The notes below the pieces were generated by a model. That model saw only the letters and a list, made by a program, of their open reading frames with translations, was not told the origin of the DNA and did not search any database. Of a stretch of DNA of 64,000 nucleotides, positions 63,861 to 64,000 are shown piece after piece. The position numbers were made by a program, and so were the translations under genes. The stretch comes from Octopus bimaculoides (taxonomy: Eukaryota): assembly GCF_001194135.2 (NCBI RefSeq), contig NC_068982.1:29200234-29264233 (forward strand), read 5' to 3'. Position 1 is the stretch's first letter. Every line of letters starts with the position of its first letter.

Positions 63861-64000
63861 ATTTGGGTAGGGTTGATAAAAATAGCACCAATCAAAGGCG
63901 GTGAATTGGTGGAAGTGTGAGAGTAGGATGCCTTGTGAACATCATCCTCGTTCTTTGTGTTCTGAGTTTAAATCCTGCCATGGCTTTTGTGGGTGATAGA

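Noticed and set aside
56465-64000. Search for the upstream DH/PH2 exon (and for the CDC25-side exon in 1-2203)
   Set aside because: No matching phase-correct exon was found; these exons presumably lie outside the window.

Overview
AT-rich, repeat-dense animal genomic DNA with six N gaps. The SINE, RTE-tail and microsatellite content looks like octopus (coleoid cephalopod) sequence, which is an inference from the repeat families. The window holds the middle of one minus-strand gene, a RasGRF (RASGRF1/2 co-orthologue). I assembled 10 in-phase GT-AG exons by hand (56464 down to 2204, 2124 nt, about 708 codons). They encode PH2, the REM domain, a greatly expanded Ser/Pro/Thr linker and the AFAAATAG motif that precedes the CDC25 domain. 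The DH-side and CDC25 exons lie outside the window. Introns carry several tRNA-derived SINE families, RTE and CR1-like LINE remnants, a full-length decayed Hsmar1-like mariner, piggyBac-type and TA-flanked MITEs, a probable solo LTR, a Helitron head-to-tail junction and several long foldbacks. The best novel lead is a cryptic 54-nt exon (20271-20324). It works either as an in-frame cassette or, if its weak donor is skipped, as a terminal exon that truncates the protein before the Ras-GEF half. It is followed by about 4.7 kb of SINE-free, 3'UTR-like sequence. No CRISPR array, rRNA or real tRNA gene was found. Repeat boundaries are approximate unless termini are quoted.
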